NCBI GenBank assembly: GCA_033763455.1
Contig: JANRKO010000047.1
Location: forward strand, 1 to 64,000
Origin: Polyangiaceae bacterium
GTDB taxonomy: Bacteria > Myxococcota_A > Polyangia > Polyangiales > Polyangiaceae
Direction of reading: 5' to 3'
Length of the DNA: 64,000 bases
Shown here: piece by piece, positions 36,763 through 45,836 of the stretch
Position numbering within the stretch: position 1 is the stretch's first letter
How the letters are laid out: every line of letters starts with the position of its first letter
The notes under the pieces: model-generated
Told to the model about the DNA's origin: nothing
Database searches by the model: none
What the model saw: the letters and a program-made list of their open reading frames with translations, nothing else
Made by a program: the position numbers and the translations under genes

Positions 36763-37719
36763 CTACCGTTTGGCCTTTTTTCTGCGGGAATTATTTTTTT
36801 TGAGGCTCAAAGTGAAGTCCTCAACTAGAGCCCGTGCCGTACGCTTCGAACCACCCTTGTTGAGCCCTACCGATTCCCGCATCTTGTCGATCGCAGTGGC
36901 AGTGAGCTCCGGCGGGACTTCGAGATCCTGAGCTAGCAGGTAGGCCCGGATCTCCTCGCCACTCGCCGGGCCCCAAAACGAGCCAGTGGCGCTCTCCTCC
37001 CGCATTCGAACAAGCTTGGCTTCAACCTTGGCAAAGGCGGGATCCGGCGTCCGTTTAGTTTTGCCGTGTTCCTTTCGCAGGCGTTCCTCTTCCCGGTGCC
37101 TCGCGTCCATTTCCAGTTGTGCGGCTAGGGAGTCTGACCAAGAAGCTCGTTCGCCATAGCGGTAGCCAAAAAGTGCTTCGAAGGCTTGTTCCAGCGCCGA
37201 TGAGCGCTCGAACATCATCATTCCTCCGCGTGCACCACGGAGTAGCGGGGCAAGATCTACTTGCGCACCACCTGCGTGGAAGAGGTGGCCAAGGCTGACT
37301 AGCAGACTCTTGGCGATTGCCTCTGTGCGGGGCGACGGATCGCAAAAGACCTTCGTCGTCCGCCATAGCATTCCGTCGCGATACTCAAAGCCAGCCGGGG
37401 CCCGCTTCTTGTCGTGCCGCCCTTTCTGGTCACGCTGCAAGTGAACACCCGCCGCGTCTCGCTCGTGACGTGTGTTGAGGCCTCGGCTCTCAGGCTCTCC
37501 AGACTGACCTTGCAGGTTATCGAGGAGCGCCATGACTTTAGCCATCGTGGCTTGGACAGAAGGGTGCCCCGGGTGCTTCCGAATTACTTCGTCAAGCTCT
37601 CCCAGTGTCTCTATTAAACCGCTGCCGTCTTGACTCCTTCGCGGAGGCGGCACCACTTTTAGCTTGACCCTCTCAGGCTTCTTCGGTGGCACCTTCCCCA
37701 TCGCGGCGACGGCCATCAT
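36763..37719 (-). CDS. Hypothetical protein
   Basis: 318-aa ORF whose ATG overlaps the stop of the attP-form integrase tail. Confidence 0.6.
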   Translation of the reverse strand: MMAVAAMGKVPPKKPERVKLKVVPPPRRSQDGSGLIETLGELDEVIRKHPGHPSVQATMAKVMALLDNLQGQSGEPESRGLNTRHERDAAGVHLQRDQKGRHDKKRAPAGFEYRDGMLWRTTKVFCDPSPRTEAIAKSLLVSLGHLFHAGGAQVDLAPLLRGARGGMMMFERSSALEQAFEALFGYRYGERASWSDSLAAQLEMDARHREEERLRKEHGKTKRTPDPAFAKVEAKLVRMREESATGSFWGPASGEEIRAYLLAQDLEVPPELTATAIDKMRESVGLNKGGSKRTARALVEDFTLSLKKNNSRRKKAKR

Positions 37720-37921
37720 AGCGCCCAGCCTTGCTGCTGGACTAGGCTACCCAGCATGCTTCGGATGTACGCGCGGGCGGCGCAATCGGCGGCAATCCAG
37801 CGGTTTCTTTCTTGCACCGAATTCTTGCATGGAGATACAGAATCCGCGCTTTTATCACCTACCGCGTTTGAGCCCGGCCCACTGGACAAGCCAGAAACAT
37901 CCTGATTCGAACCAAAAGCAC
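37716..37921 (-). other. Detached 3' end of integrase (attP-form C-terminus)
   Basis: Open frame continuing MGFEPTTPSMGS from the att core for 68 codons. Confidence 0.65.
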
Positions 37922-37970
37922 AGCTTCCCATGCTTGGGGTCGTGGGTTCGAATCCCATTTCCCGCTCAGA
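37922..37970 (+). repeat. attR core (49 bp, duplicated tRNA-Gly 3' half)
   Basis: agcttcccatgcttggggtcgtgggttcgaatcccatttcccgctcaga. Confidence 0.95.
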
Positions 37971-38099
37971 GTAGTTCAGAATAGCAGAATGGGTTGGAGG
38001 GGGGCGGGGTGCGAAAGGGCACTCCGGTTGGCTGCCGCGCGAAATGAAGCCGGTCGTCTTTGCGCCGGAAGCTCGCGCTGAGCTTGACGCAGCGGCCCC

Positions 38100-39260
38100 T
38101 CAGCCACCGCAGGTATCAATAATTGAGGCTGTTACGTCCGGAGGGTCATTCGGGCGGGAAACATCGCAAACGCCCTTACGCCCAAGGGCAGAGGCCACGT
38201 TGGCGGCGCCGAAACACTTCATTTCTGGGTGCCCGCAATCAGCCGTGCAATCGCAGAGCTTCAGGCAAATCCCCGCGTCCCCCTGGCCTTCCCCGGTGCG
38301 CGCGGGAACGCACACAGCACTGAGCGTTGGGCTCCCCGTTGGATTGCAGCTGCCTTCTGCACCCACAGTGCAGCCGTCGGCACAGGCTCCGATCGTATTG
38401 GTGAACGGTAAACAGAGCCCGCGGCAAGGGTCCACCTTCGCGTTGGGATCGCACTTGGAGCCGGTGGGCAAGCCTGGCGGAGGCTCAGCCCTACACAGCC
38501 CCGCTGAGAGAATAGCCGTCGCGAAATCGCAGGAAGTGCCCGACTCACACTCCCCGCTGGCACCGTTGCATTGCGGCAAACACGCCGCCAGGTTCGACGG
38601 AGCGTCGAGCAAAGTGCACGCCATCTCCGGCCTGTTGCTGCACTTTGCCGCATTGCCAATGGGACTTCCAACCGCGCAGGCTTCAAAACAATAGGCTTGC
38701 TTTTCGCTGCCCACGCACACGCTCTTTGCGTTGAGCTGCTGGCAGAGGCGGGCATCTTCGCTGCAATCTGCGGTGCAAAGCCCCTCGGCCGGGCCCCCAC
38801 CGTCGAGGGCGGTTGACCCGCTAGTGAGGCAAATGAGCCTATCTTCGCAATCCGTTTCCGAATTGCAGCGCGCCCCAACGGGGCCCTTCACAGCATTCGG
38901 GCGCCCCCCGGAAGCATTGCTCCCTGGGGGAGAACCGCCAACAGACGTTAACCCACCACTCCCGATCAGACTGTTCCCGCCGGACGAACCATTGGGCCCT
39001 CCGCCAGCGGCCGAGGCATTGTTAAACCTCCCGCCCGTAGGCAGAAGGGGGAGATTATCTATCGACACCAAGCCCGCGCCACCACTGCCCAGCGCAGCCA
39101 ACGTTCCCCCCGTGGAGCCTGCGACGGCATCTGCTCCTCCCGAAGCATCCCCGCCTGTCGACTCGAACAGGCTATTGTCCGCCTGGCCGCACGCGGGCGC
39201 CAACCCAACACTCAACGAGAAAACCACACTCAAACTCAACCAACGCAGTGAGGGCTTCAT
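38100..39260 (-). CDS. Cys-rich lipoprotein with Gly-rich linker
   Basis: Signal peptide ending LAPAC, many Cys, paralog of 45837..47009. Confidence 0.75.
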   Translation of the reverse strand: MKPSLRWLSLSVVFSLSVGLAPACGQADNSLFESTGGDASGGADAVAGSTGGTLAALGSGGAGLVSIDNLPLLPTGGRFNNASAAGGGPNGSSGGNSLIGSGGLTSVGGSPPGSNASGGRPNAVKGPVGARCNSETDCEDRLICLTSGSTALDGGGPAEGLCTADCSEDARLCQQLNAKSVCVGSEKQAYCFEACAVGSPIGNAAKCSNRPEMACTLLDAPSNLAACLPQCNGASGECESGTSCDFATAILSAGLCRAEPPPGLPTGSKCDPNAKVDPCRGLCLPFTNTIGACADGCTVGAEGSCNPTGSPTLSAVCVPARTGEGQGDAGICLKLCDCTADCGHPEMKCFGAANVASALGRKGVCDVSRPNDPPDVTASIIDTCGG

Positions 39261-39350
39261 AGGTGGGTGACCTTTGCAGATATCGCTTTCATAGCAGGGT
39301 TACCGCTTGCCGCTCCGAATGCAACCCTCAGATCCGGCAAGGCGTTTGGT

Positions 39351-40313
39351 CTAAGGCGGCAAATCTCGCGCACAACGGATCCCAATGTAATCAATGTGAT
39401 TATCCGGGCTATGGTTGCTGCGATAATCTGTGGTGATGCGGCCAGAATCCGAGCCAAAATATCCGCCGCGAATGGAGCGAAGCGTGCTCTCCTTTGTTTC
39501 CGCGCAGTTCACGCACGTAGGTTGATAGGCCGCGTACCAATCGAAGTTCCACTCAAACACGCTGCCGCCAAGATCGGACTGACCAAACTTCCCGTCCCCT
39601 GCCGGAAGGGAACCAACATTGGCGGTATGGATCTGCTTACAGCTCTCCGGATCCGTCGCAGCGACGGTAAAATGGCAGCTAAAGACCGCCCTTAGCGGAG
39701 GGCCAGCAGGCGGGTCTTCACCCCAGGCGTACGACCGCTGCTCGGCGCCACCCGCAGCAGCGTAGTTCCACTCGGCTTCGGTGGGCAGCCTTCCACCATC
39801 CCATAAGCAAAACGCGAAAGCTTCGCTCGAAGCAATGCAATTCATGGGGAGGTTTTCGCCCGCGCCTGGCTCGTCCGTCCAGTGCTGAAAAGCAGCGTCG
39901 CACTTGGCTACTTTGCGCAAGGTTGCGGCATCTTTAGGCAAGGAGGCACTTCGGCTTGCCGTCCACCCCGTACCTGGAATGCGCGGGTGCGCCCCTTCCC
40001 CAACCATTGGGTGCCCGGCGCTCCGCCAGGAATCATAAGCTTCCACGAATTTCCGATAGCGCCCCACGGTTACCTCGAACTTATCGAGCGTAAAATCCGC
40101 AACTTCGGCCGGGAAAGCCGGATCATTGCTGCGATTGAAGGCTCCACCCGTAACCTTCGGGCTCGCGCAGCAGCTTTCATTGCCAAGAGCCCCGCACGTC
40201 TTAGGTAACGTTTGGCAGCTGAGGGGCTCCGCCACCAGGTTCTCCGCTGGCACAGCTTCGGAGCCGCACGCCAACACAAGCCCACACCCAGCACACAGTG
40301 CCAAGACACGCAT
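39351..40313 (-). CDS. FGE-sulfatase (SUMF1)-domain lipoprotein
   Basis: LDKFEVTVGRY, RLPTEAEWNYAA, DLGGSVFEW, RGG.F, IGIRCAR. Confidence 0.85.
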   Translation of the reverse strand: MRVLALCAGCGLVLACGSEAVPAENLVAEPLSCQTLPKTCGALGNESCCASPKVTGGAFNRSNDPAFPAEVADFTLDKFEVTVGRYRKFVEAYDSWRSAGHPMVGEGAHPRIPGTGWTASRSASLPKDAATLRKVAKCDAAFQHWTDEPGAGENLPMNCIASSEAFAFCLWDGGRLPTEAEWNYAAAGGAEQRSYAWGEDPPAGPPLRAVFSCHFTVAATDPESCKQIHTANVGSLPAGDGKFGQSDLGGSVFEWNFDWYAAYQPTCVNCAETKESTLRSIRGGYFGSDSGRITTDYRSNHSPDNHIDYIGIRCARDLPP

Positions 40314-40599
40314 AGCGCTGGCACCAAGCGCCGCGATGCGGCTACGGCCACATATTAACGTGCCGCTAATATGGGCGTAACGGCTAAGGCTTCGCGGTTC
40401 ATCGCTCCGAGGGATCACATTAGGCACTATAACCTCACGCGAGAAGGTTGTCCGCCCAGGTTGCAACGACACACCAGCGCGCACCCGAACGCAGCAATTC
40501 TCCGCGCCTACCCCTCGTGCAGCAGAACCTGGCTACAGCCGCGAATCACATCGCCCCTTTGCCGACGTGGCGGACTCAGAGGGTAGCACCCGTATTCAG

Positions 40600-40680
40600 G
40601 TGCCCCCTCTCGCTTCAGCCGCCCAAGGCGGCCTCAGCGGTCTCCCCCCTGCCAGTCGCTAACGCTCTGGCGGGGGAGAC
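40600..40680. repeat. REP-like double-hairpin intergenic element
   Basis: Similar to 45731-45820. Confidence 0.6.
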
Positions 40681-40701
40681 TGCTCATTGCCCTAGGTACA
40701 G

Positions 40702-41343
40702 TTACTCGGCGTCACCGCAGGTGATCGTAACGTCGTGAGAGTGGCCATCATTGCTGCTGGTGAGCGTCACCGTTCCCGTGGTCTTCAAAGTGGTGAAGTC
40801 CGCGGGCGTCACCATGAGCGTGTGGGTGTGCTCAGGTTCGCCCCCCAACTCAAGCGTGTAAGTTTTCGCTGTACCAGCGATCACGTCAGCAAGAGGCACT
40901 GTTATGGGGTGCTCATGACCTGTCACCGTCATCGCCGTGGGCTCTGCGCTGCACTTGCCGCCATCACCGCTCGACCCACCACCCGTGCCGCTGTTGGTCC
41001 CGCCGGTTTCGTCGTCTGCACCGCCGGTGTTGTTGTTATTCGCGCCACCGGTGTTGCTGGTGCCACCGGTAGCTTTGCCGCCGGTATTCGCGTTGGATGC
41101 ACCGCCGGAGTTGCTCGCCCCGCCCGTGGCTTTGCCGCCCGTGCCGCTCGCCGCTCCACCCGTGGCTTTGCCGCCGGTGCCGCTCGCCGCTCCACCGGTG
41201 CCAGGCTTGCCCCCAGTTGTGTTTCCTGCGCCGCCGCCGCCGCCGCCGGGGCTTGATTCGTCGTCGCTACAAGCGACGCCTACGAGGCCTGCTGCTGCGG
41301 ACACAAAGCCAACTTTGAGTAAGTCTTGTCGGGAAATTTTCAT
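40702..41343 (-). CDS. Secreted Gly-rich lipoprotein with C-terminal His-rich domain
   Basis: SRQDLLK..VAC signal, and GHEH, HTH, GHSH motifs. Confidence 0.7.
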   Translation of the reverse strand: MKISRQDLLKVGFVSAAAGLVGVACSDDESSPGGGGGGAGNTTGGKPGTGGAASGTGGKATGGAASGTGGKATGGASNSGGASNANTGGKATGGTSNTGGANNNNTGGADDETGGTNSGTGGGSSGDGGKCSAEPTAMTVTGHEHPITVPLADVIAGTAKTYTLELGGEPEHTHTLMVTPADFTTLKTTGTVTLTSSNDGHSHDVTITCGDAE

Positions 41344-41586
41344 GGGATTCTCCAATATGGACCAAGGAAGGAAAGAGCGTCGAGCAGCGGTGATTCCAAT
41401 GCTCAGGGCGCGCATGCTCTCACAAAAGCGCCCGCGGCTCACCTCCTAAGTTCAACCCAAGCCTGAATCCGAACCGGCGGCCGACAAGAAAGCCGGCCCC
41501 CAGCAACATCGGATTCCCGCCTGTCGGGATCTTAGCACTTCAGACGTAACGGCGGAGCAAAGACTCCCCCGTTTGCCGGCCCCTGC

Positions 41587-42723
41587 TCAATAGCTCGCTT
41601 CATAAAGCGCAAACATATCGTCTCGCGTACACGGCCGTGGGTTCTCGCGGTGGCACGCGTCTTCGAAGGCTAGATCGGCCAATTTTGGTAACAGATCCCG
41701 CGGCACACCCACTTCGCGCAGGCTGCTCGGAAGCTTGAGCGCCGTTCGCAAGTCTCGCAGAGCCTGCCGGCAGGCTCCGCGCTTCGCCTCGCTTCCTAGC
41801 AGCAATGCGATGTGAAACACGCGCTCTGGCACTGCTTCTTCGTTAAACGACACCACAGCCGGCAAACACAACGCATTGGCCAGGCCGTGGTGCAAGCCGC
41901 ACTCAGCTGAAAGCGGATGCGCGAGGGAATGGCAGGCCCCGAGCCCTTTTTGGAAAGCTACCGCCCCCATCATGGCGGCTTTCATCATGCCGCCGCGAGC
42001 TTCGAGATCAGTGCCCTGGCTCATAGCTGTTAATAGATGCTTGTGTACAAGCTCGATCCCTGAAAGAGCAATCGCATCCGCCATGGGGTGATCGCCCACT
42101 GCCAAATAGGCCTCCAGGCAGTGCGTGAGGGCGTCGAAACCAGTAGCGGCGGTGGTGGGCCCTGGCATAGAGAGCGTGAGCGTGGGATCCAAAATAGCCA
42201 CTTTTGCCAGCAAATACGGCGAAAAGATGACGGTCTTTTTGCCAGTGGCTTCCAGAGTTACCACGGCGGCGCGGCCCACTTCGCTACCGGTGCCAGCGGT
42301 AGTGGGGATTTGGATCATAGGCGGGATGCCGGGCATGATGTGTTTGCCACCGTTGATGGCGTCGTCAAAATCCGCCAAAGGGCGCTCGCTGCGCGTGCGT
42401 AGCGCTATCACTTTGGCCGCGTCCATAGGCGAGCCGCCGCCAATCGCAACGATGCCATTGGCGCCAAACTCTGAATAAGCTTTTGCACCCGCCTCTACGT
42501 TCGCCTCGGTGGGGTTGCCGTCAACGCCCGAAAATACGGACACCTTGATGTCCGCCGCCTCCAGCGACTCCACCACCTTGCCCACGATATTGGCCTTCAG
42601 AACGCCAGGGTCGGTCACAATCAAGACGCGTGACATTGCGAAGGACCTGGCTTCGGCGCCAACGCGCGACACCTCCCCGGCTCCAAACACGATTCTGGTG
42701 GGAAAACTCCAAATTGCAGTCAT
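41587..42723 (-). CDS. Iron-containing alcohol dehydrogenase
   Basis: GGGSPMD, PTTAGTGSE, DALTH.LE, HSLAH, HHGLAN. Confidence 0.92.
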   Translation of the reverse strand: MTAIWSFPTRIVFGAGEVSRVGAEARSFAMSRVLIVTDPGVLKANIVGKVVESLEAADIKVSVFSGVDGNPTEANVEAGAKAYSEFGANGIVAIGGGSPMDAAKVIALRTRSERPLADFDDAINGGKHIMPGIPPMIQIPTTAGTGSEVGRAAVVTLEATGKKTVIFSPYLLAKVAILDPTLTLSMPGPTTAATGFDALTHCLEAYLAVGDHPMADAIALSGIELVHKHLLTAMSQGTDLEARGGMMKAAMMGAVAFQKGLGACHSLAHPLSAECGLHHGLANALCLPAVVSFNEEAVPERVFHIALLLGSEAKRGACRQALRDLRTALKLPSSLREVGVPRDLLPKLADLAFEDACHRENPRPCTRDDMFALYEASY

Positions 42724-42800
42724 TTTTGCTCCTTGTGGGTGCTCACGGATGGACTTTTAGGAAAGAAATGAGGGCACTTCTAGCGGCAAGCGTAGGGCGC

Positions 42801-44198
42801 TCATGTGAGTTCGAAGTAACGACGCCGTTCCCAATCGGTGACAGCGCGTTCGGCGCAGCGGACTTCCCAATCACGCGTCCGGGAGTAGTGATTCACAAAA
42901 GCCTCGCCAAATACCTCGCGGGCCGCGCGGCTTTCTGAAAAAATCCGATTGGCGTCGCGAAGGTTCACCGGCAAGCGTTGGGATGCGTCGGTGCCCGGGT
43001 CCCCCTTGGTTTCGGGCGGCAATGAGAGCTCATGTTCGATGCCGTAGAGGCCGGCGCCGAGGCCCGCGGCCATGGCAACGTAGGGGTTGATGTCGGCTGC
43101 GCCCTGGCGGTGTTCCACGCGAATGGCACGAGGATCTTTGGTGCCGATAACCCGGAGCGCACAGGTTCTGTTTTCAATTCCCCAAGATGGCAAAAGCGGT
43201 GCCCAAAGCCCTGGCACGTAGCGCTTGTAGCTGTTGATGTTGGGCGAAACCATGGCCGTGAGCTCACGCAAAAGAGCCATTTGGCCGCCGATATAGTGCT
43301 GCATCACGCTTGACATGCCGCTCGGCTGCTGGGGATCGAAGAAGGCATTTTTGCCGTTTTTCCAGAGGCTTTGGTGAATGTGGCCTCCGCAGCCAGGCAA
43401 ATCCGCGTTCCATTTCGCCATGAAGGTAACGGAGAGCCCGTGGCGGTGAACGACCTGTTTGAGCGTTGTCTTGAAAAGCGCGGCTTGATCAGCGGCGTTC
43501 AAAATATCGTCGTAACGGATGGCCGCTTCGTAAACGCCTGGGCCCGTTTCTGTGTGGAGGCCTTCAAGTTCTATCCCAAAATCGCGACACGTATCCCAGA
43601 TATCGCGCATCAGCTCTTGATCTTGGCCCGTACGCACCCAGCTGTAACCCATCATCTGTGGGTCGAGCGGCGTGAGCCCGTGGAAGTTCTTTTCGTAGAG
43701 AGAATCCCGCGTTTCCCGGAAGATGAAAAACTCAAATTCGGCGGAGAATTTGGGCAAAAAACCCATACTTTCGGCACGCGCAAGTTGCGCCTTCAAGAGC
43801 GAGCGTGGGCATGCTGGGTGGGCTTCTCCCTGGCCATCCCGAAAATCGGCGAGAATGGCAACAACGCCCGGCTCCCACGGAATACGGCGCAGCGTGCTCG
43901 GGTCGAGCACGGCCTGCACATCAGGGTAGCCCGTATGCCAGCCGGTAACCTGCGCGTTATCGTACAGCGCATCGTTGATATCCCAGCCAAAAATCACATC
44001 ACAAAATCCGAACCCGCTGCCGAGAGCGGAGCGCAGCTTGTCGAGCGATACGTATTTCCCGCGGAGAACGCCATCCAGATCGAATCCCCCAATCTTTGCC
44101 CGCGAAATCCCCTCTTTATCGAGCTTATCCACCAGGGTTGCGAGCAATGGGCCGTCTGAGCCAGTCGGCGCTCGATCGCGCTTCTCCTTTTTCGCCAT
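42801..44198 (-). CDS. Glutamine synthetase family (gamma-glutamyl ligase-like)
   Basis: D.DGVLRGK, EFEFF, HTETGPGVYE, TFMAK..GCGGHIH, ENRT.ALR. Confidence 0.9.
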   Translation of the reverse strand: MAKKEKRDRAPTGSDGPLLATLVDKLDKEGISRAKIGGFDLDGVLRGKYVSLDKLRSALGSGFGFCDVIFGWDINDALYDNAQVTGWHTGYPDVQAVLDPSTLRRIPWEPGVVAILADFRDGQGEAHPACPRSLLKAQLARAESMGFLPKFSAEFEFFIFRETRDSLYEKNFHGLTPLDPQMMGYSWVRTGQDQELMRDIWDTCRDFGIELEGLHTETGPGVYEAAIRYDDILNAADQAALFKTTLKQVVHRHGLSVTFMAKWNADLPGCGGHIHQSLWKNGKNAFFDPQQPSGMSSVMQHYIGGQMALLRELTAMVSPNINSYKRYVPGLWAPLLPSWGIENRTCALRVIGTKDPRAIRVEHRQGAADINPYVAMAAGLGAGLYGIEHELSLPPETKGDPGTDASQRLPVNLRDANRIFSESRAAREVFGEAFVNHYSRTRDWEVRCAERAVTDWERRRYFELT

Positions 44199-44252
44199 CG
44201 CCCCATGATGGCAGGGAAGCCGTGTTTTCCGCAATGCGGAGCTCACCCAGCA

Positions 44253-45650
44253 TTAGTCCGTCTTCACAAGTTCACTGACGATCTGGGCCACGCCCAAAAG
44301 GCCCAGGGCCGCCGCCGCCCAGCTGGAGCGAACGGGCCCCACCATCAAGAGCTCTCCGGTGCTGGTCGCGTAGCCCACGCCAATGAGCGTGGCCACAAGA
44401 GCCGCTCCGAGCAGCAACAGGCCCGGCAGCAAACGTGTACCAAGCGGTCGGCGGCGTGGGCGCCCCCGTTCGATATTCACCGCCATGGCTCGGGACATAA
44501 CGATGGGTACTTGGCCGTGCGAGAAGCCGACGCCACTCGCCGGCGCGGGGGCCGACCTCCGAGAGTTTGGAATCTCGAATTCCTGCTCGCGCTCCATTTC
44601 TGCGCGCAACAAGGTCGGCGCGTCGGCAGGAACGCGCACCTGCCGGGCAGACACTGGGCCAGGCACGCTCCCTTCGATCCTCGGTTGGCTGCGAATAGAA
44701 ATGTTTGAACGGGCGGCCGCTTCAAGCGCATCCCAGAATTCGCCCGCCTCCTGGTAGCGGTGCCGCGGATCGAGAGCTAAAGCGCGCAAAAATACGGCTT
44801 CAACAGCATCGTTGATGGCCACCCCCTCGCTACGAGGCGTGGGACGGCGTTGAGGATCGAGCGTGGTGCCCATAATGGCCGCGTGGTCCCCCTCCAGCAC
44901 AGCATGACCGATTAACATCTCCACCAGCACGAGCGCCAAGCCGTACACGTCTGTCCACGGGCCCGTTTGGCCGTAGGTTTTCGGTACCCATTGCTCGGGA
45001 GCGCCGTATGCGGGCGTAAACGGGGAAAAGCCGGCCTGGGTCTGGCTTTGCCGGCCTGCGACTTGGCTCGCCACACTTTTGGCTTTGCCGATCCCAAAAT
45101 CCAAAATCTTCACCTGGCGTTGACCTGCGACGTTCGCCACGAAAATGTTCTCGGGCTTCAAATCGCGATGCACCACGGAAATGGGCCCCTCTGGCCCAAC
45201 GAAGTTGTGCGCTCGTTCCAGGGCGCGGGCGACGGGGGTGAGCAGATCGAGAACTTCTTGCAGCGAATACGGCCCCTCACCATTGGCGAAGCGCCGATTC
45301 ATCACCGCATCCAGCGTTTCACCCTCCAGCCATTCGAGCACAATATACGGGACAAAGTCGCCGTGCCGGCTGGTGAATGCGTCGACGTGCAGCGGCCTCA
45401 CCACCGTTGGGATACTCGCCGAAAGCTTGAACAGCAGTTCCGCTTCCCGCCGAAACTGCTCCAAGAATAGTGCGTGCTGCTCGCTCGAGAGCTGCTGCGG
45501 GATCTTCAAACATTTGAGCGCCACATCGGCCCGAAAACCTCGATGGTGGGCGCGATACACCACGCCGAAACCACCCTCAGCCACCGCGCGATCCACCTCA
45601 TACGCGCCAGCAATCTTCTTCCCCACAATACCGAAGACGTCGTCTGTCAT
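44253..45650 (-). CDS. Hanks-type Ser/Thr protein kinase with C-terminal TM helices
   Basis: GGFGVVY, ALK, HRDLKPEN, DFG, APE. Confidence 0.92.
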   Translation of the reverse strand: MTDDVFGIVGKKIAGAYEVDRAVAEGGFGVVYRAHHRGFRADVALKCLKIPQQLSSEQHALFLEQFRREAELLFKLSASIPTVVRPLHVDAFTSRHGDFVPYIVLEWLEGETLDAVMNRRFANGEGPYSLQEVLDLLTPVARALERAHNFVGPEGPISVVHRDLKPENIFVANVAGQRQVKILDFGIGKAKSVASQVAGRQSQTQAGFSPFTPAYGAPEQWVPKTYGQTGPWTDVYGLALVLVEMLIGHAVLEGDHAAIMGTTLDPQRRPTPRSEGVAINDAVEAVFLRALALDPRHRYQEAGEFWDALEAAARSNISIRSQPRIEGSVPGPVSARQVRVPADAPTLLRAEMEREQEFEIPNSRRSAPAPASGVGFSHGQVPIVMSRAMAVNIERGRPRRRPLGTRLLPGLLLLGAALVATLIGVGYATSTGELLMVGPVRSSWAAAALGLLGVAQIVSELVKTD

Positions 45651-45730
45651 GCGCTCACGGCCGAGGGAGGCTTTGCCCAAGCGTGGAACACTAACAGATT
45701 CTTGGCGCCTGGGAAGAGCGAGGCTTTTTC

Positions 45731-45820
45731 GTGCCCCCACTCGCCTTGCTCTCGCGCCAAGCGCGCTTCGCTCGGCGTTCTCCCCCCGGCCAGTCGCTTC
45801 GCTCTGGCAGGGGAGAGACC
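45731..45820. repeat. REP-like double-hairpin intergenic element
   Basis: Similar to 40600-40680. Confidence 0.6.
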
Positions 45821-45836
45821 TTACGTACGCCTACCG

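Larger units (their letters stand above)
20114..37970 (-). mobile_element. 17.8-kb integrated phage-satellite-like (or reduced prophage) element
   Basis: 49-bp att duplication of the tRNA 3' half, integrase at the end, replication and terminase genes, all genes on the minus strand. Confidence 0.9.

Noticed and set aside
20114..37970. Complete temperate prophage
   Set aside because: No recognisable portal, major capsid, tail tube/baseplate set or lysis genes, and too small.
37917..37970. Second tRNA-Gly gene
   Set aside because: Lacks the 5' acceptor strand and D-arm; it is the attR duplication.
38044..38694. Full-length 216-aa plus-strand gene
   Set aside because: Only the first about 18 codons look ParE-like; the rest is antisense to 38100..39260.
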